A DNA stretch of 64,000 nucleotides. Source: an uncultured Thermoleophilia bacterium. Lineage in GTDB: Bacteria; Actinomycetota; Thermoleophilia; UBA2241. Below are positions 1-8,871 of this stretch, in pieces (position 1 is the first letter of the stretch; each line of letters starts with the position of its first letter). Made by a program: the position numbers and the translations under genes. The DNA is taken from contig CAVPCT010000003.1 of NCBI GenBank assembly GCA_963702475.1, positions 672,001 to 736,000 of the forward strand. The letters run 5' to 3'. The notes under the pieces were generated by a model. That model was not told the origin of the DNA. It made no database searches and saw only the letters and a program-made list of their open reading frames with translations.

Positions 1-143
1 GCGAGTTCCAGGCGGAGCTTCGACTCTCGCGAGAACCCCTTGCTTCTTCTCCTGAAGTAAGTAGAATGCCCTCACGGCTTGAGGATAAAGTAGACCCTGA
101 GACTTTGCGAAGGCTCGAGGAGCTGCGGAACAAGCCCACGTAG
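1..143 (+). CDS. 3' end of probable NYN-domain ribonuclease (YacP/Rae1 family), truncated by window edge
   Basis: Frame from base 3 reads EFQAELRLSREP...SRLEDKVDPETLRRLEELRNKPT*. It resembles the YacP C-terminus and lies directly upstream of a sigH-like gene, as in the Firmicutes yacP-sigH order. Confidence 0.55.
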   Translation, partial: EFQAELRLSREPLASSPEVSRMPSRLEDKVDPETLRRLEELRNKPT

Positions 144-225
144 CCCGGGGAGGTCGGATCTCCTCGGGTTTTACAGGAGAAACGCACCCGTAGAGGGCAC
201 ACGCCGACGCCGGGGGGGCAACAAC

Positions 226-903
226 ATGGCGCGTCAGGCAGATCACAGTCGTTCCGTAGGGGCATCACACAACCTTCAACCCTTCAGTGAGAGTGCCGAC
301 TTCGCCCTCGTTCAGGCATACCGGCGGGGCAACCGCGCCGCCCTCGAGGCCCTCATGCTCCGCTATCACCAGTTCGTGCGCCTGAAGGCGAGCTCGTACT
401 TCCTCGCCGGAGGCGATGCCGAGGACCTCATCCAGGAGGGCATGGTCGGGCTCTACAAGGCGGTCCGCGACTACCGCGACGACCGTCAGGCTTCATTCCG
501 TAGCTTCGCGGAGCTCTGCATCACGCGGCAGATCATCACCGCCATCAAGACGGCCACGCGGCAGAAGCACGTCCCGCTCAACGGCTACCTGTCGTTCAGC
601 CAGTCGCCGGGAGACGCCTCAGACGACGGCGACTGCTCGCTCGGCGACGTACTCCCGGGTCCGAGCACTCACGACCCCGTCAACCAGGTCATCAGCTCGG
701 AGGAGGTCGGCAGCCTCACCGACTGCCTCACGCGGATGCTGTCAGACCTGGAGGGGCGTGTGCTGCGCCTGTATCTGCAGGGGCTCAGCTACGAGCGAAT
801 CGCCAACGAACTGGGCTGCGACTGCAAGACGGTCGACAATGCCCTGCAGCGCATCAAGCGCAAGGTCGACCTGCACCTGGAGAGCCGGAGGGTGCTGGGC
901 TGA
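226..903 (+). CDS. sigH: RNA polymerase sigma factor SigH (Spo0H-like)
   Basis: YFLAGGDAEDLIQEGMVGLYKAVRDY, SFRSFAELCITRQIITAIKTATRQKH and KTVDNALQRIKRK are Spo0H/SigH-type motifs. Confidence 0.9.
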   Translation: MARQADHSRSVGASHNLQPFSESADFALVQAYRRGNRAALEALMLRYHQFVRLKASSYFLAGGDAEDLIQEGMVGLYKAVRDYRDDRQASFRSFAELCITRQIITAIKTATRQKHVPLNGYLSFSQSPGDASDDGDCSLGDVLPGPSTHDPVNQVISSEEVGSLTDCLTRMLSDLEGRVLRLYLQGLSYERIANELGCDCKTVDNALQRIKRKVDLHLESRRVLG

Positions 904-937
904 GCGCCCGCTGTCGGGTCGAACAAGCCTCCTGAAA

Positions 938-987
938 GGGCCGGCGGCCGGCGCGCCCGCTTTCGCGGGGGTCCCGGCCGCCGGCCC
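938..987. terminator. GC-rich hairpin between convergent sigH and pilT
   Basis: Inverted repeat gggccggcggccgg...ccggccgccggccc. Confidence 0.6.
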
Positions 988-1002
988 GCGTCTGCGGCGG
1001 CG

Positions 1003-2094
1003 TCAGAAGGTCATCAGGCTGACGTCGTGCCCCTGTGCTTGCACAAGCAGCTTGAAGTCGTGCGCGTTGCTCGCGACCTCGGCCGCGTCGTGCAGCGTGA
1101 TCAGGCCGTCCTCGTACAGCTTGAGCAGCGCCTGGTCGAACGTCTGCATGCCGTAGAAGTCGCCTTCCTTGATGGCGTCGCCGATCAGCATGGCCTGGTC
1201 CTGGTCGAGGATGAAGTCGCGGATGCGGTTCGTGGTGACCATGACCTCTACTGCCGGTACGCGGCCCTGGCCGTCGGCACGCGTGAGCAGACGCTGCGAG
1301 ATGATGCCCTTGAGGGTGCCTGCCAGCATGATGCGTACCTGCTTCTGCTGATGCAGGGGGAAGAAGTCGATGATGCGGTTGATGGTCTCGGTGGCGTCGA
1401 TGGTGTGGAGGGTGCTCATCACGAAATGGCCGGTCTGGGCCGCCGTGAGCGCCGCCTGCACCGTCTCGGTGTCGCGCATCTCGCCGATGAGGATGTCGTC
1501 CGGGTCCTGGCGCAGCACGTACTTGAGGGCCGTGACGTAGGTGTCGGTGTCCAGGCCGATCTCCCGCTGGTTGATGATCGACTTCTTGTCCTTGTGGAGC
1601 ACCTCGATGGGGTCCTCGATGGTCACGACGTGGCGGCGCAGCGTGTTGTTGATGTGGTCGATCATGGCCGCCAGGGTGGTCGTCTTGCCTGAGCCCGTGG
1701 TCCCTGTGACGAGGACGAGACCGCGAGACTCCAGGGCGAGGCGCTTGAGGATCTCCGGCAGGTGCAACTCCTCGAAACCGGGGATCTTGGTGGTCACCTG
1801 TCGCATCGCGATGCTGATGCTGCCCCGCTGGCGAAACACGTTGACGCGGAAGCGGCCCAGGTTGGGGGCGGAGTACGCGAAGTCGATCTCGTTGTGTTCA
1901 CTGAAGCGACGGATCTGCTTGTCGGTCATGATGGACGCCGCGATGTCCTTGGTGTCCTCGGGCGTGAGCGGCGGGTCGTCCATGAGCGCGAGCTCGCCGT
2001 CGATGCGCATGACGGGAGGGCTGCCCGCCTTGATGTGCAGGTCCGACGCGTTGTGCGCCATCATCTCGCTCAGCAGCTCGTCGATGGATCTCAC
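1003..2094 (-). CDS. pilT: Type IV pilus retraction ATPase PilT/PilU family
   Basis: ASDLHIKAG, Walker A GTTGSGKTT, TIEDPIE, LRQDPDDILIGEMRD, TGHFVMSTLH, GMQTFDQ. Start moved to GTG at 2094. Confidence 0.92.
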   Translation of the reverse strand: MRSIDELLSEMMAHNASDLHIKAGSPPVMRIDGELALMDDPPLTPEDTKDIAASIMTDKQIRRFSEHNEIDFAYSAPNLGRFRVNVFRQRGSISIAMRQVTTKIPGFEELHLPEILKRLALESRGLVLVTGTTGSGKTTTLAAMIDHINNTLRRHVVTIEDPIEVLHKDKKSIINQREIGLDTDTYVTALKYVLRQDPDDILIGEMRDTETVQAALTAAQTGHFVMSTLHTIDATETINRIIDFFPLHQQKQVRIMLAGTLKGIISQRLLTRADGQGRVPAVEVMVTTNRIRDFILDQDQAMLIGDAIKEGDFYGMQTFDQALLKLYEDGLITLHDAAEVASNAHDFKLLVQAQGHDVSLMTF

Positions 2095-2219
2095 GTGATC
2101 ACCCCGGGGCTCGGTTCCACAGCTCACCTCCCTGTTTCGGCAGGTACCGGGAAAACCATACCCCGCGCGATGCAGGAATTCCGTTGGACGCGGCGCCGCT
2201 GGCGCCGCGCCGCCACGGT

Positions 2220-3254
2220 CTAGAAGCGCCCGCCGATCCAGGCGTCCCGGCCGGTCCAGGTGCCGTAGCGCACCACGTCGCCTGTGTGGGGAGCCTCGAT
2301 GCAGGTGGAGCCGCCGACGAAGATGGCCACGTGGTGGCTGAAGCTGGCGTTGCCGAAGAAGATGAGATCGCCGGGGCGCAGGTCGCTCAGGGGCACGGGG
2401 ACACTGGCGCGCTGCTGGTCGGTGGCGCCGTGCCACATCTTGATGCCGATCTGCGCGTAGCAGTACATGGTGAGGCCGGAGCAGTCGAAGCCGCTGGTGC
2501 CGGCGCCACCCCACACGTAGGGCACGCCGAAGTACCGCTGGGCGATCGCGACGATCTCGGGGTGGCCGGGGCTGTTTGGGTCGACGTCCGGGATGGGTCC
2601 GTCGTAGCCCATGAGCGCTAGTTTGGCGCGCAGCGCCTCCTTGGCCTGAAGCTTCTTGATCTCCTTCTTGAGGCCGCGGGTCATGCTCTCCAGGTCGGCC
2701 TGCAGGCTGACGAGCCGTGCCTTCCCGGCGGAGCGGCGCTCGACCAGCGCATCGGCCTGCCGGCGATCGGCCTTCAGCTTGATGCGCCGGTCCTTGATGT
2801 TGCGCTTGTACTTCTCGATGGAGTGGACGGTGTCGACGTCGCTGTTGCCGAGGCGGGTCATCAGGTCCATCTGGGTGACGAGGTCGTCGAAGCTCGTCGC
2901 GCGGAGGATCCAGTCCAGGACACCGGCGTCACGCGACTTGTAGATGTTCACGGCGCGCTGCTCGAGCTGGCGGTTCGCGCGCCGGTAGTTGCGCCGGGCG
3001 ACCTCGAGCAGGTGCGTGTTCTGCCGGATCTTCTCCTGCACGGTGGCCAGCTGTGAGGAGGCCTGGTTGAGGCGCTCGTTGGCAGCCTCGGTCTGCATGT
3101 ACACGGTCTCCAGTCGCGCCTGGACGGCCTGGAGGCGGGCCTTCTTTCGGGAGACGGGCGAAGCCGAGGCCGTCGTCGTGAAGAGTAGTGCGACGACGAA
3201 GGCGACGGTCAGGAGCGCGACGATGAGGCGCCGGCGCGGTGGGGTGCGAGTCAC
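2220..3254 (-). CDS. Secreted coiled-coil NlpC/P60 peptidoglycan endopeptidase (CwlO/RipA-like)
   Basis: Signal peptide, coiled coil, and C-terminal PYVWGG...FDCSGL...HHVAIF. Confidence 0.88.
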   Translation of the reverse strand: MTRTPPRRRLIVALLTVAFVVALLFTTTASASPVSRKKARLQAVQARLETVYMQTEAANERLNQASSQLATVQEKIRQNTHLLEVARRNYRRANRQLEQRAVNIYKSRDAGVLDWILRATSFDDLVTQMDLMTRLGNSDVDTVHSIEKYKRNIKDRRIKLKADRRQADALVERRSAGKARLVSLQADLESMTRGLKKEIKKLQAKEALRAKLALMGYDGPIPDVDPNSPGHPEIVAIAQRYFGVPYVWGGAGTSGFDCSGLTMYCYAQIGIKMWHGATDQQRASVPVPLSDLRPGDLIFFGNASFSHHVAIFVGGSTCIEAPHTGDVVRYGTWTGRDAWIGGRF

Positions 3255-3380
3255 TCTGTCGGGTCCTTTCGCGCGCGGCCCTTCAGGGGTCGCGCGGCGC
3301 ACGGTCGGGTACAAGGGTAGGGACGATATTCGATACCCGCCGCTGTTCCCCTACGGGAGCGGCGGGGGTCGAAGAGGATT

Positions 3381-4451
3381 CTAGAACCGGCCCCCGATCC
3401 AGGCGCCGCTGACGGAGCCGTAGCTCACCACGGCGCCGGTGTGCGGGGCGTGGATCATGCTGCCGCCGCCGGCGTAGATGCCCACGTGGTAGCTGTAGCT
3501 GGCGCTGCCGAAGAAGACGAGGTCGCCGGGCTGCAGCGCGCTGATGGGGACGGGCGTGCTGGCGCGCTGCTGGTCGGTGGCACCGTGCGAGAGGCCGATG
3601 CCGAGCTGCGCGTACACGTACATGGTGAGCCCGGAACAGTCGAAGCCGCTCGGGCTTGCGCCGGCCCAGACGTAGGGCACCCCGAGGTACCGCTGGGCGA
3701 TGGCGACGGCCGCGGAGCGGCCCGAGCCACCGGGATCGGGCACCGAGCCACCGGCGCCGGTACCGCCGGTGGACGAGGAGCCGCCGGACGATGCCTGCGC
3801 CTGCGCCGCGGCCTGCGCGGCTGCCCTTGCGGCCGCCGCGGCCTGTTCCTGCAGCCGCTGGATGTCGTTCTTGAGGCCGGCGGTCATCTGCTCGAGCTGT
3901 CCCTGGAGCGAGAGGACCTCGTTCTTCTGCGCGGCGCGCTCTTTCACCAGCTTGGTGGCGGCTTTCTTGTCGGCTTCGAGCTTGACCTTGCGGTCCTTGA
4001 TGTCGCGCTTGTACGCGGCGATGGACTTGACGGTGTCGACGTCGCTGTTGCCCAGGCGCTCCATGAGGTCGAGCTGGGTGACCAGCTCGTCGAAGCTGGT
4101 GGAGGCGAAGAGGACGTCGACGATGCCCACGTCGCGCGTCTTGTAGATGCTCTCCGCGCGTGACTGCAGCTGCCTGTTGGCGATGTCCAGGTTGTACTGG
4201 GCGACCTTGAGCAGGTGCTGGTTCTGCTTGATCTGGTTCTGCACGGTGTGCAGCTGGCCGGAGGCCTGGTTGTAGCGCTCTACCGCGACGTCGGCCTTGT
4301 GATACACGTGCTGCAGCTTGGCCTGCAGGGCACGGAGCTTGGCCTTCTTCTCGGTGATGGGGGAGGCGGAAGCGAGGGGTGCGAGAGCGGCGGTGAGGAG
4401 GAACGCGGTGATGATGACGAGGATCAGTGCCTGTCGTCTTCTACCGTTCAC
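3381..4451 (-). CDS. Secreted coiled-coil NlpC/P60 peptidoglycan endopeptidase (paralog of neighbour)
   Basis: Signal peptide, coiled coil, Gly/Ser linker, PYVWAG...FDCSGL...HVGIY. RBS GGAGG upstream. Confidence 0.9.
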   Translation of the reverse strand: MNGRRRQALILVIITAFLLTAALAPLASASPITEKKAKLRALQAKLQHVYHKADVAVERYNQASGQLHTVQNQIKQNQHLLKVAQYNLDIANRQLQSRAESIYKTRDVGIVDVLFASTSFDELVTQLDLMERLGNSDVDTVKSIAAYKRDIKDRKVKLEADKKAATKLVKERAAQKNEVLSLQGQLEQMTAGLKNDIQRLQEQAAAAARAAAQAAAQAQASSGGSSSTGGTGAGGSVPDPGGSGRSAAVAIAQRYLGVPYVWAGASPSGFDCSGLTMYVYAQLGIGLSHGATDQQRASTPVPISALQPGDLVFFGSASYSYHVGIYAGGGSMIHAPHTGAVVSYGSVSGAWIGGRF

Positions 4452-4524
4452 TCACCGCCTCCTTCAGCCGTGTCGCGGGGGCTGACACGCGTGCTTGAGG
4501 TGAAGCCACCAGACTCAACGCGAG

Positions 4525-4553
4525 ACCCTACCACCCCACCCGCCGACTGACAA
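4525..4553 (-). promoter_or_regulatory. Sigma70/SigA-type promoter for the NlpC/P60 genes
   Basis: Minus strand TTGTCA-N17-TAGGGT with TGG extended -10. Confidence 0.5.
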
Positions 4554-4585
4554 CCAGCCAGCTTCACTTTTTCGCGTTCGGGAGG

Positions 4586-6007
4586 CTATCTGCCTGCATC
4601 GCCGCCGGCGCTGTGCGCCTGACCCTGCGGCGTGGGTCGCGGCCACATGCGCTTGAGGGCCGCGATGAACGCCTTGTTGCGCTCGTCCCTGCGCCAGTTG
4701 CGGATGATGACCATGCCCCACCCATGGAAGAGCAGCTGCTTGGTGAAGCGGAAGGTGAAGATGTACTTCAGCCAGGTGCGCAGGGAGTAGAACTTCATGT
4801 AGCCGCGCAGAGTCTCGATCTGCAGCTCGTACGGCGTCATGCGGCGCGGCTCGAAGACCACGTGGTGCGCGTCGTAAAGCTCCCAGCGTTTGTCGAAGAT
4901 GCGGCCCTCGGCGTCCATGTCCGCGAATTGCCGCGTGCCGGGCAGCGGCGTGAGGATGTTGAGCATCACGGTGTCGATCTTGTTGTCGATGGCGAACGAG
5001 ACCGTGTCGCGCACGGTCTGGACGTCATCGTTGTCGGCGCCGAGCACGAACATGCCGTGGCTCTTGATGCCGTACTCGTGCAGCACCTTGATGGCCTTGC
5101 GGATGTCGTCCACCGTCTGCGACTTCTCGAACTCGTCGAGCGTCTTCTGGTTCACCGACTCGAGCCCCAGGTAGACCAGGTGGCAGCCCGAGCGGCGCAT
5201 GAGGTCGAGGAGCTCGGGGTCGCGCACGACGTCGGTGCGCACCTGCGCCGACCACGGGACCGCGACACCCTCGTCTATCATCATCCGCAGCAGCGTCTTG
5301 AGCCGCTTTCTGTTGGCGGCGAAGTTGTCGTCGTAGAAGAAGATGATCTGCGGCCGCTTGTCCTTGAGCTCCGCGACGACGCTCTCGGCGCTGCGGAAGC
5401 GGTACTTCTTGCCGAACATCGCGGTCACGGAGCAGAACGTGCAGTCGAAGGGGCAGCCCCAGCTCGTCATGATGGGCATGGTCTTGAGCCGCTCGTTGCC
5501 GACGAGCAGGCGCAGGTCCGGGAACGGAAGCTCGTCGAGGTCGTCCAGCGGCGGCCGCAGCGGGTTGTGCACCGCCTTGCCGTTTCGCGTGAACGAGAGG
5601 CCGGCGACGGAATCGAGCCCGCGCTCGCCGTCCAGGGCCTCGATGAGCTCGAGCATGAGCTGCTCGCCGCCCTCGCCGCGCGCGACGTAGTCCACGTGCC
5701 CGAGTGCCTCGTCGGCCATGAAGGTGACGTGCGATCCGCCGATGACGACAGGGATGCCGCGGGCGCGGAGCCCATCGGCGAACTCGTAGGCCGTCGAGGC
5801 AGTCGACGTGGTGCTGGAGAGACCCACGAGGTCCGAGGAGTTCACGTCGTCCCAGTCGATCGGAGCCATGGTCGGGTTGTACACGAGCACGTCGTGACCG
5901 CGGCTCTTGAGGGCGGCGGCGATGATCGGCAGGCCCAGGCGCGGCAGCAGTACCTTGGCCCAGACGTGCATGCCCGGGGGCTCGGGTTCGATGAGACGGA
6001 TCTTCAT
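4586..6007 (-). CDS. B12-binding radical SAM protein
   Basis: N-terminal B12-binding fold (LGLPIIAA...VVIGGSH...GEGE), CxxxCxxC motif GCPFDCTFC, FYDDNF, LGLES, TPLPGT. Start MKIRLIEP at 6007 with RBS AAGGAGGAG. Confidence 0.88.
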   Translation of the reverse strand: MKIRLIEPEPPGMHVWAKVLLPRLGLPIIAAALKSRGHDVLVYNPTMAPIDWDDVNSSDLVGLSSTTSTASTAYEFADGLRARGIPVVIGGSHVTFMADEALGHVDYVARGEGGEQLMLELIEALDGERGLDSVAGLSFTRNGKAVHNPLRPPLDDLDELPFPDLRLLVGNERLKTMPIMTSWGCPFDCTFCSVTAMFGKKYRFRSAESVVAELKDKRPQIIFFYDDNFAANRKRLKTLLRMMIDEGVAVPWSAQVRTDVVRDPELLDLMRRSGCHLVYLGLESVNQKTLDEFEKSQTVDDIRKAIKVLHEYGIKSHGMFVLGADNDDVQTVRDTVSFAIDNKIDTVMLNILTPLPGTRQFADMDAEGRIFDKRWELYDAHHVVFEPRRMTPYELQIETLRGYMKFYSLRTWLKYIFTFRFTKQLLFHGWGMVIIRNWRRDERNKAFIAALKRMWPRPTPQGQAHSAGGDAGR

Positions 6008-6126
6008 GCTCCTCCTTGGGGCCGCGGCCGTCGGCGCCCGCACGGGGGCAGCTTCAGGCGTGCCGGAGAGTCCGGCCACCTCAGATGGTAGACGCTCCCG
6101 AGCGGGAAGTGAAGCCGCGCGGTGGG

Positions 6127-7110
6127 TCAGAGGATGGCCGTGAGCGCAAGGTAGATGCCGGCAGCCACGAGGCCGGCCGCCGGCAGGGTGAGGACCCAGG
6201 CGAACATGATGTTGCCGGCCACGCCCCAGCGCACCGCCGAGAGCCGCTTGGTGGCCCCCACACCCATGATCGCGGCCGTGATGGTGTGGGTGGTCGACAC
6301 GGGGAAGCCGAAGTGCGTGGCGACCTGGATGACGCTGGCGGCCGCCGTCTCCGCGGCGAAGCCGTGGATGGGATCCAGCTTGATGACCTTGGATCCCAGG
6401 GTGTGGATGATGCGCCAGCCGCCGGAGTACGTGCCCAGCGCCATGGCCACGGCGCAGACGATCTTGACCCACAGCGGGATCGTGAATTCCGCGGTGACGC
6501 CGCTGGCGAAGAGCGCGAGGGCGATGATGCCCATGGTCTTCTGGGCGTCGTTGGCGCCGTGCGAGAACGCCATGAAGCCGGCGGAGATGGGCTGCAGCCG
6601 CCGGAACCACTTGTTGACCGGGCCCTGCTGGCGCTTGCGCACCAGCCAGATCAGCCCGGTCATCAGGAGCAGCGCGCAGAAGAAGCCGATCACGGGCGAG
6701 CCGATCATGGGCAGGAGGATCTTCGTCACCACGCCGCCCCACAACACACCGTCCAGGCCCTGGGCGGCGATCATGGCGCCGATGATGCCGCCGAAGAGCG
6801 CTTGGGAGGAGCTGGACGGCAGGCCGAAATACCACGTGACGAAGTTCCAGGTGATCGCGCCCACGAGCGCCGCCAGGACGAGCTCGAGGGTGACGAGGTC
6901 GGTGTCGACCAGGCCCTCGCCGACCGTCTTGGCCACGCTGGTGGAGACCAGGGCGCCGACGAGGTTGAGGCCGGCGGCCATGAGCACCGCGATCCGCGGC
7001 GAGAGCGCCCGCGTCGACACCGACGTGGCGATGGCATTGGCGGTGTCGTGGAAGCCGTTTGTGTAATCGAAGACCAGGCCGAGGATGACGATCGCGATGA
7101 GGAGGGCCAC
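6127..7110 (-). CDS. pit: Inorganic phosphate transporter, PiT family
   Basis: NGFHDTANAIAT, GLPSSSS, HGANDAQKTMG and PVSTTH motifs; highly hydrophobic. Confidence 0.93.
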   Translation of the reverse strand: MALLIAIVILGLVFDYTNGFHDTANAIATSVSTRALSPRIAVLMAAGLNLVGALVSTSVAKTVGEGLVDTDLVTLELVLAALVGAITWNFVTWYFGLPSSSSQALFGGIIGAMIAAQGLDGVLWGGVVTKILLPMIGSPVIGFFCALLLMTGLIWLVRKRQQGPVNKWFRRLQPISAGFMAFSHGANDAQKTMGIIALALFASGVTAEFTIPLWVKIVCAVAMALGTYSGGWRIIHTLGSKVIKLDPIHGFAAETAAASVIQVATHFGFPVSTTHTITAAIMGVGATKRLSAVRWGVAGNIMFAWVLTLPAAGLVAAGIYLALTAIL

Positions 7111-7123
7111 GGCCTGGCTCAGG

Positions 7124-7738
7124 TCAGTTGTGTTTGAGCACGATGCTCTCGATGACGTTGGCCACGTGCTCGCACTCGTCGATGGCGGCCTCGAGGGTCT
7201 CGTAGATGTCTTTCCACTTGATGATGTCGGTGCACTTGGTGTCGCCCTCGAAGAGGCTGGCGATGGCCTGGCGCTCGATGCGGTCGCCGTCGTTCTCGAG
7301 GCTGTTGACTGCGATGACCTTCTCGTCGAGGCCCTTGGGCTTGGCCAGCGCGTCCATGCACTCCCGCAGGATCGGCGTGGCTTTGGCGATGACGTCCGCC
7401 TGCTGCTTGGCGTAGACGGTGATCTCTTCGACGCGGTAGATGAGGACCAGCCCCACGGCCTCCTCGATGTTGTCGAGCACCTCGTCGGCGGTCGCGACGA
7501 GGTCGTAGATGTCCTCGCGGTCGATGGGCGTGATGAACGACTTGTTGAGGCGGCGCACGATGTCGTGCACGATCTTGTCGCCCACGTGCTCGTGCTCGAG
7601 GATGGCGGCGGCCAGGTGCTCGCGGTCCCCGTCGTTCATGAACCTGACGAGCAGCTGGGCGGCTGCGTCGAGGTTCGCGGCCAGCTCCGAGAACAGACGG
7701 AAGTAGTCCTGCTCCTTGGGGACCAGGCTGAGTTTCAC
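7124..7738 (-). CDS. DUF47/YkaA PhoU-like phosphate transport regulator
   Basis: EHVGD...FITPIDREDI...LENDGD...KDIYETLE; canonical position upstream of pit. Confidence 0.9.
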   Translation of the reverse strand: MKLSLVPKEQDYFRLFSELAANLDAAAQLLVRFMNDGDREHLAAAILEHEHVGDKIVHDIVRRLNKSFITPIDREDIYDLVATADEVLDNIEEAVGLVLIYRVEEITVYAKQQADVIAKATPILRECMDALAKPKGLDEKVIAVNSLENDGDRIERQAIASLFEGDTKCTDIIKWKDIYETLEAAIDECEHVANVIESIVLKHN

Positions 7739-7796
7739 GAAGGGCTCCTTTCCGTGCCCAGGGCGTCCCGTGCGCCCGCGCCCTGCGCCGCGGGTA

Positions 7797-7860
7797 ATGC
7801 TACCGGTTTTGGGGGACGGCGCAACCGTGTCCTAACGGTGCGGAAACGGTGCGCTAACAT
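7797..7860 (-). promoter_or_regulatory. Promoter with four 11-bp-periodic GTT direct repeats (Pho-box-like)
   Basis: Minus strand GTTAGCGCACC GTTTCCGCACC GTTAGGACACG GTTGC, followed by -10 TAGCAT at 7797-7802. Confidence 0.6.
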
Positions 7861-8058
7861 GGCCCGGCAGTGCGCTCCGGAGCCGCCGCCTGAGCGTGCG
7901 CTTGCGCGAGTCTGAGCGATTCCAGTAGCCTGCGTTCGAACACGTGCGCGCCGGCGGAGGGTCGCGCGCACGTTCGCCACGGGCTGCCGTCAGCGCTCCT
8001 GCCGGCGGCACCCGGGACACTTGGAGCCATGTGAGTTGACGTTCGAAGGAGGACCCCC

Positions 8059-8707
8059 GTGTCTGACCTGTACGACCAGATGAAGCAGTCCGTCATCGAC
8101 GGCGAGGTGGAGGACGCCGAGCGCCTCGCCCAGGAGGGCCTCGACGCCGGCCTCGCCCCCGGCGACATCCTCGACCTCGGGCTTCGTGAAGGGCATCGAG
8201 GAGGTCGGCGAGCTCTTCGGGCGCGGCGAGTTCTTCCTCCCCGAGCTCGTCCAGGGGGCCGAGGCCATGAAGGCCGCCGTGGCCGTCCTGCAGCCGGCCC
8301 TGGACGCCGCCGGCGGCGAGCGCAAGAGCCTCGGCGTGGCCGTGGCCGGGACCGTGGCCGGCGACATCCACGAGATCGGCAAGACGATCGTCTGCTCGAT
8401 GCTCAGCGCCGCCGGCTTCAGCGTCACCGACGTGGGCTGCGACGTGCCGGTCGAGACCTTCATCGCCAAGTGCCGCGAGGTCGACGCCGACCTGCTCCTG
8501 CTCTCCGCCCTCCTCACCACGACCATGCCCAACCAGCAGAAGACCATCGAGGCGCTCAAGGAGGCCGGCCTGCGTGACCGCGTCAAGGTCATGATCGGCG
8601 GCGCCCCCACGACCCGCGCCTGGGCCGACGAGATCGGCGCCGACGGCTACGCCGAGGACGCCATCGAGGCGGTCAGCGCGGCCAAGGCGCTGCTCGGGGC
8701 GGAGTAA
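8059..8707 (+). CDS. Corrinoid (cobalamin-binding) methyl-carrier protein, MtbC/MttC/MtaC-like; +1 frameshift near 8180, probably a sequencing error
   Basis: Cap domain (KGIEEVGELF...EFFLPEL), DxHxxG motif GDIHEIGK, SALLTTTM, KVMIGGAP. The N-terminus is in another frame and joins by removing one G in ctcgggcttc. Confidence 0.85.
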
Positions 8708-8745
8708 GAGCCGCACGGACGCGCGGCCGTCCGGCTCGTGGGAGT

Positions 8746-8789
8746 CGCCGCAGGGGCGGCGGCGCGGGAGCGCCGCCGCCCCTGCGGCG
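8746..8789 (+). terminator. 20-bp perfect hairpin after the corrinoid gene
   Basis: cgccgcaggggcggcggcgc-ggga-gcgccgccgcccctgcggcg. Confidence 0.65.
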
Positions 8790-8871
8790 TTCAGGAGAGT
8801 GCGCGACCGCCTCACTCCCGGCGCCGCCGCGAGGTGTGCGCGCGTCCGTCTTTGGATACAGTGACGCGGAG

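Noticed and set aside
4452-4585. c-di-AMP (ydaO) riboswitch upstream of the NlpC/P60 genes
   Set aside because: Lacks the GCTGAA...GGGGA...CCCG..CCGTCAGCTAA pattern, and the leader after the predicted promoter is too short.
7900-8058. Cobalamin riboswitch upstream of the corrinoid gene
   Set aside because: No GGGAA/GCCACTG/B12-box elements, only a generic hairpin.
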